A stretch of 64,000 nt of DNA. Origin: Dudresnaya verticillata. Its lineage: Eukaryota. The first letter of the stretch is position 1, and every line of letters starts with the position of its first letter. Location: NCBI GenBank assembly GCA_977862235.1, contig OZ374560.1:2356001-2420000 (forward strand), in the 5' to 3' direction. This document shows, one piece after another, positions 59,346 through 64,000 of this stretch. The notes beneath the pieces were generated by a model that was not told the DNA's origin, did no database searches, and saw only the letters and a program-made list of their open reading frames with translations. The translations under genes and the position numbers were made by a program.

Positions 59346-60527
59346 TTAGAATAATAATTCTAGTTCAATATCGTACGGTCTGTAAAGCGATTTGAGGCTC
59401 TTTCGAAGGCTTTTGGACAGCTTTAGGTTTGTTGAACTCAACTCCTGTCTTTTCGGTCGTGCGTTGTACGTCTCTTGAAGTTGGGTAAAATTATATTTCT
59501 TGTGATCTACACCGATGAAATCCGGCACGTTGATCATTACGTTTTCTGTACTCTTGAAATCGCCGTAAAAGATAATGTTCATGTTTCCTCTTCCAACGTA
59601 GTACAACCATCTCAGCAAATAAGCGACATATACCCCTTCGTTAACGCAGTTAACCCCAACTCGAAAAAAATGGGAGGAGTTCGTTCACCGGTCCCTCCCA
59701 TGTTGCCCCTTGTGGCTGCAACAAAAGTATGTAGGTCTTTTTCTATGAATTGAGATATGTTTGAATTTAGATTCATTCCAGGAACACCCAGGCGAACCCT
59801 CATTACCATCTGACTATGGCACCGTTCTACGGGTTCTCGAAGTAACACAATCACTTTGTTCGGCTGATGTGAGCACTTGGAAAGGAAAGGCCAAGAACTA
59901 TTTACCAGACGAAGAACAAACGAATCAACAGCTATTCTGTGGTCTTTTGTGGATCTCCCCACTAATTTGTTGTGATCCCCATGGTATCTCAGGAATCGCC
60001 TACTAAGCAGCTGTTTCCTAACAGGAAGATATAGAATTCTGAAACAGTTTTTCTTAGATTATGGAGAGTATTTCCAGTGATACCTTGTAGACGAGTAAAA
60101 CAATGGGAAATCGTGACCACCTTCTTGTTCGCTTAATTGCTTCGCTGACACGTCGACGAATTCTTCAGACGTATTTGTCTGCCCAAATACAATGGCGTAC
60201 GTATGCATTTCTTCAATGGATAATAGCTTAATGTTTGTGTTATCTGGGTAGATCATTTCAGGGCAAGAGGCCAACCTTTCTCCATTACTCCGGAGTTCGA
60301 GAGATTTTGGAATCATTCCAATTCCCTGGTTTTGAAATAGCTCGGAAATAGTCTGAGAGGTAAACCCTCGGCTCTGATCTCCATTCCGGCAGATCTCTAC
60401 TTGCAACGTAAGTCGATCTCTTCAAACAGCATTGTATTATTGGCAGAAAACAGACGAGAATAGCAACGAGAATGCTTGCTGCATGCGCGAGAGTCAGCCT
60501 AGGATTTCCAAAGGGTCCTGTTTTCAA
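59346..60527 (-). pseudogene. Disrupted Golgi-type carbohydrate sulfotransferase (heparan-sulfate sulfotransferase-like fold)
   Basis: N-terminal anchor ASILVAILVCFLPII; 3'-PB motif KVIVLLREPVERCHS; GVYVAYLLRWL...IIFYGDFK...DFIGV; C-terminal LRKSLKSLYRPY. Split into four ORFs by frameshifts and a stop. Confidence 0.8.
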
Positions 60528-61837
60528 AGAAACTGCGAGCTACACGAGAAATATCACCGAACATAAAGAGCAAGCGAGAAGGGATGGGCGACGACAAATA
60601 TTTGTTGTGCTTTTGCGTTGAGTTGTTCTTCTAACCCTAGGCATCCGAAAGATGTACGTGGCATATGTAATTATGGGGTACGAGATGTTGTTTGTTACTT
60701 GGCTTTTAGTGCATTACTACGACGTGCTGTCGGTCGACGCGTTATTGCAATGGAGAACCGTGAATGTGATAGTATGAGATAGAACAAGTGGTCTGGTTCA
60801 TGGGACACACTCTCAAGCGCAGAATAATTGAAAGTCAACAAGTAGTGACAGCTAGAACGAAAGGAATGGCGGGAATGCGTACAACAGCACCAAGGGCAGG
60901 CTATAGGATCAGTTGCCTCAATTGTTTGCAAATGTCTCAGGGCGAATGAAAATAGGTTTGGAGTGTTTGTCAATGTATTCAGGGCCTAGCTATTCCTGCA
61001 GGGGAATGCTTTTTATCAGATAAAAATCTGATCTTTTTATCAGAAACATGGCGGCAAACTGTTCTATCAAACGTGTCCACCTATGTGCAGAAGATATTTG
61101 TGTGCACAGTTCCAAGCATGCCCCGTTCGGGTCCAAGAACGTTACTGCAAACAGAACGCTTCCGCGCTGCACATATGAAGCTTTTCACGCATGTGAGAGA
61201 CCGTTTCTAGCATATCCGTAAACATGTGGGATGTGGTGGTGAAGGATGCGCAACTCGCATGTAAGTACTTTTCGCGGGGAGTGTTTGGCTCGCGCTTTTT
61301 CGTCCACTTGCTGGCACGCATCTGCAAAGATTTGGCTAGGGCATTTGAGCTGGCAATATCTAAGGAATCCGAGTCTCTGAAATGCTTCACAGCTGCAGTG
61401 TTACATGCAGCGCCACGACGAGCTCATGGAAAATCGCCGCTACCAGTTGCTCAAGATCATTTTCGTCGATGATCGCAGCATGCATCCGCTCCTGATGTAG
61501 GACCTCAAGCCCTCTCAAGCCCCTAAAGTTTCCGTCTTCAACCGTCGTTCCGTTTCTCATCAAACCTCAGCCACGTCTCTTTGTACAATATTCGCTCGTG
61601 AAGAAACCGAGGTGCGCCAGAATCAGCACAAGCTACGGGACATTGTTATCCGTTCTATATACAAGTAGCCCTGCGAAGAGTTTTTGATGGCTGTTACAGT
61701 AAGGTAATGTGTTGGAATGGAGTTATGCATTTGTTACTGTCCGCTGGCACCTCTCTGCATTACTTGCGGCCAGGCCGCTCCGTGCACTGTAATCGCACTG
61801 TAATCGCATTCGGCATGGACTATAAAGCTTATCATCA

Positions 61838-61945
61838 CCTTGACAATGCGATGATGTGCACAGCAGAGTTGTTCCCGGCCTCCTTACGGTCTCCATTACG
61901 GCCTTGACAATGCGATGATGTGCACAGCAGAGTTGTTCCCGGCCT
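61838..61945 (+). repeat. Perfect 44-bp direct repeat with a 20-bp spacer
   Basis: CCTTGACAATGCGATGATGTGCACAGCAGAGTTGTTCCCGGCCT at 61838 and 61902. Confidence 0.92.
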
Positions 61946-62007
61946 TTGCCCTATATGATGCAACGCATTGCGCACTTCCTGTCACCGTGCTGACCAAAGT
62001 TAGATTT

Positions 62008-62106
62008 CACGGTTCCGCTGAGCGGCTTTCGGCTGTATTCAAGTTGCTACTGTACAGGTGAAGAAGCGGGAAAGACGGCTGTTTTTTCAGCAGCTCGACC
62101 GAGTCA
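62008..62106 (+). pseudogene. Short diverged fragment paralogous to the 58.3-59.0 kb methyltransferase
   Basis: HGSAERLSAVFKLL versus HISEEQLPILFKFL. 62083-62106 matches 58838-58861 at 23/24 nt. Confidence 0.55.
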
Positions 62107-62994
62107 CTCGTTTAATCGAGCTGCTGATTTTAGACATGTCCACACATTTCGAACGTGCTTTAATAGAGCCCTGCGGTGTGTAGCTATTGGCGAATATAAT
62201 GTAATGTTGTAGATGTGTCACTACTACAACGCCCCAACATTCATAGAGTGTGCCGTTCTGAAATCATCATTGTTCGAAGCGCAGTGCCATGATGATAGTG
62301 AGCTTGTCTCAGCCTCACTGCTGAACTCTGCATCGATTATTCCATTATTGTAAGTATGCGTCTTCTTGCGGACAAACTATATTAGACTTGAAAGTCACGC
62401 TTGCATAGCGGCGCTTCGCACTGGGCACGATATCAGTGACGCGTCATGTGTGCAACGGTGTGGGGAAGACCGGGTCAGGAGGGCAAAGACGTGCGGACCC
62501 TCGCGTGACATCACGCCACCGATATTGTAGCCCTTTCGAAAGTGTACTTCCTATACAACAACACAATACACACAGTTGGCTTTTTGGATTTGGCTCACAC
62601 GGTCGCTGCCAAACATCTTGTCGCCCTTGCCATCAGGTGCGAGGAGCTCGACGTAGCTACCGTACTGCAGATGACTTCCAGGAAGCGAGGAACAAGCAAG
62701 GTTTTCTCGTCCCCATCACTTCAACCATACAGTCTCGCGCCAGTGGTCCCACACGCTCACAGTCAACCAAGAGTGCGAAGATATAGCTTGTAGGTTCATT
62801 TCCGACAAAAACACCCCATGAAGATTCTGAAACTGAGCGGACTACGGTTTCGGCATCGTCTTGTCGCCTGTTTTATAGTGCTTTCATTCATCGTTTTCTG
62901 TTACCCTCGAAAGACGCCCTCCATGGTATGCAAGCCAAAGTACAACTTACCGCCTATAACAAGCGAATGGCGTCAAGCTGCCAAAGAGACTGTT

Positions 62995-63660
62995 CTAAGG
63001 CATTTTCCGTGGGCAAGTACATCCGTTTTCGTTCCTCCAACCAAGGCGATGATACGCATTGACCGAAGGAACGAAGCTATTCGGCAACGCGGATACTTTG
63101 TCATTGGATACGACAACTACCACTCTAACACGCCTATTCCGAGAGGATACGACTTTTACGTGAGGTACTCTCCAGATCACATTGGTTCCCATTTTTACCT
63201 CAAGCCGAATGCCATACGCCTTGGAATTCAAGGTTGCCGGAAGAACACCAGATTCATCTACAAAGATAACGACGTTGTTCTTAAACCAGGAATAGAAGAT
63301 GGCTTCGAGAGGAACCGTATTACTTTTCAACGTGAGTTTTTTAACGATAGTGCGAATGCTGGTCTGATTATGGCCAGGAAATCTGGAAAAGTTAACGAAT
63401 TCATGTCGCTGTGGCAAGCCGGTGTTGGTCTTGCTGAAAACATAGAGCAGGATCAAACGGTTTTCCGAGCCATCCAATTTGGAAGAAAGAAAATGTTATC
63501 CTTAGCTCCGGCCGACTGGTACGGTATTCATGTCTACTCTGACACTTCCAACAGAAATATAGCTCTTCAATTCCTTCAAATCAAGTATTCCTCTACCATC
63601 TACTACATATATCTCTTCTGGGTAATTATTTTCTTGACCCTCGGAGTGCGGCATACTATT
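62995..63660 (-). pseudogene. Probable disrupted gene of unknown function
   Basis: 160-codon open frame without an ATG start, plus an upstream open stretch (MPHSEG...VPVGRS) in another frame. No recognisable domain. Confidence 0.35.
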
Positions 63661-64000
63661 TTTGTAGTGAGTTTCAATAGATTTGAGAGTCTTCAGTGTG
63701 TTTCAATGCTTGGAAGACTTGTCTTAAAGATCGGTTCTGGCAACACAATACTACTGGCAACCCTACTCACCGTTCTTGGACTGGTTTCTTCGGATCCCTT
63801 CATGTTCACTTGTTTCATGGGAAAGAAAAGCACTACTCGGTCTCTAGATTACAATGCGGGATATCACTTGGTAACGGGATTGTACACTCGCTTGTGGATT
63901 GTCGGGGCAGACGTAGCCATAGGAAATGAAGAGATAGCGTGCAAAACAAGAAACGTTCTCAACTTGCCCCCTATTGTATTAGGAGCAGTGCTGGACACAT

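Noticed and set aside
61838..61945. Mini-CRISPR interpretation of repeat-spacer-repeat
   Set aside because: Only two units, eukaryotic context, no leader or cas genes.

Overview
Eukaryotic nuclear DNA with compact, intron-free genes and many decayed transposon relics. The gene content and style suggest a red alga (Florideophyceae-like), but this is inference only. Intact genes: two head-to-head secreted Cys-rich repeat proteins, a secreted M12B/reprolysin-type zinc metalloprotease, an unknown secreted protein, a bZIP factor in a CpG-rich island, a divergent casein kinase 1, three hypothetical proteins and a tRNA-Gly(GCC). Near the right end is a tail-to-tail pair of disrupted SAM-methyltransferase and sulfotransferase genes. 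The most striking unexplained signal is in the gene-free 48.5-56.3 kb block. It holds eight full copies and one partial copy, all co-oriented, of a ~155-bp non-coding element. Four GTRGCAC-type boxes (forward, reverse, forward, forward) keep near-invariant spacing (37-38, 51-52 and 60 bp), with a RAAARTAA box at +26 from box 3, while the spacer sequences have diverged. A 5'-truncated CRE-clade (RLE) non-LTR retrotransposon is inserted in one such box with a candidate target-site duplication, and a tRNA gene sits at the left border. Several long hairpins, two with tandemly duplicated loops, are also present. All family assignments are by-eye motif recognition; no database search was run.
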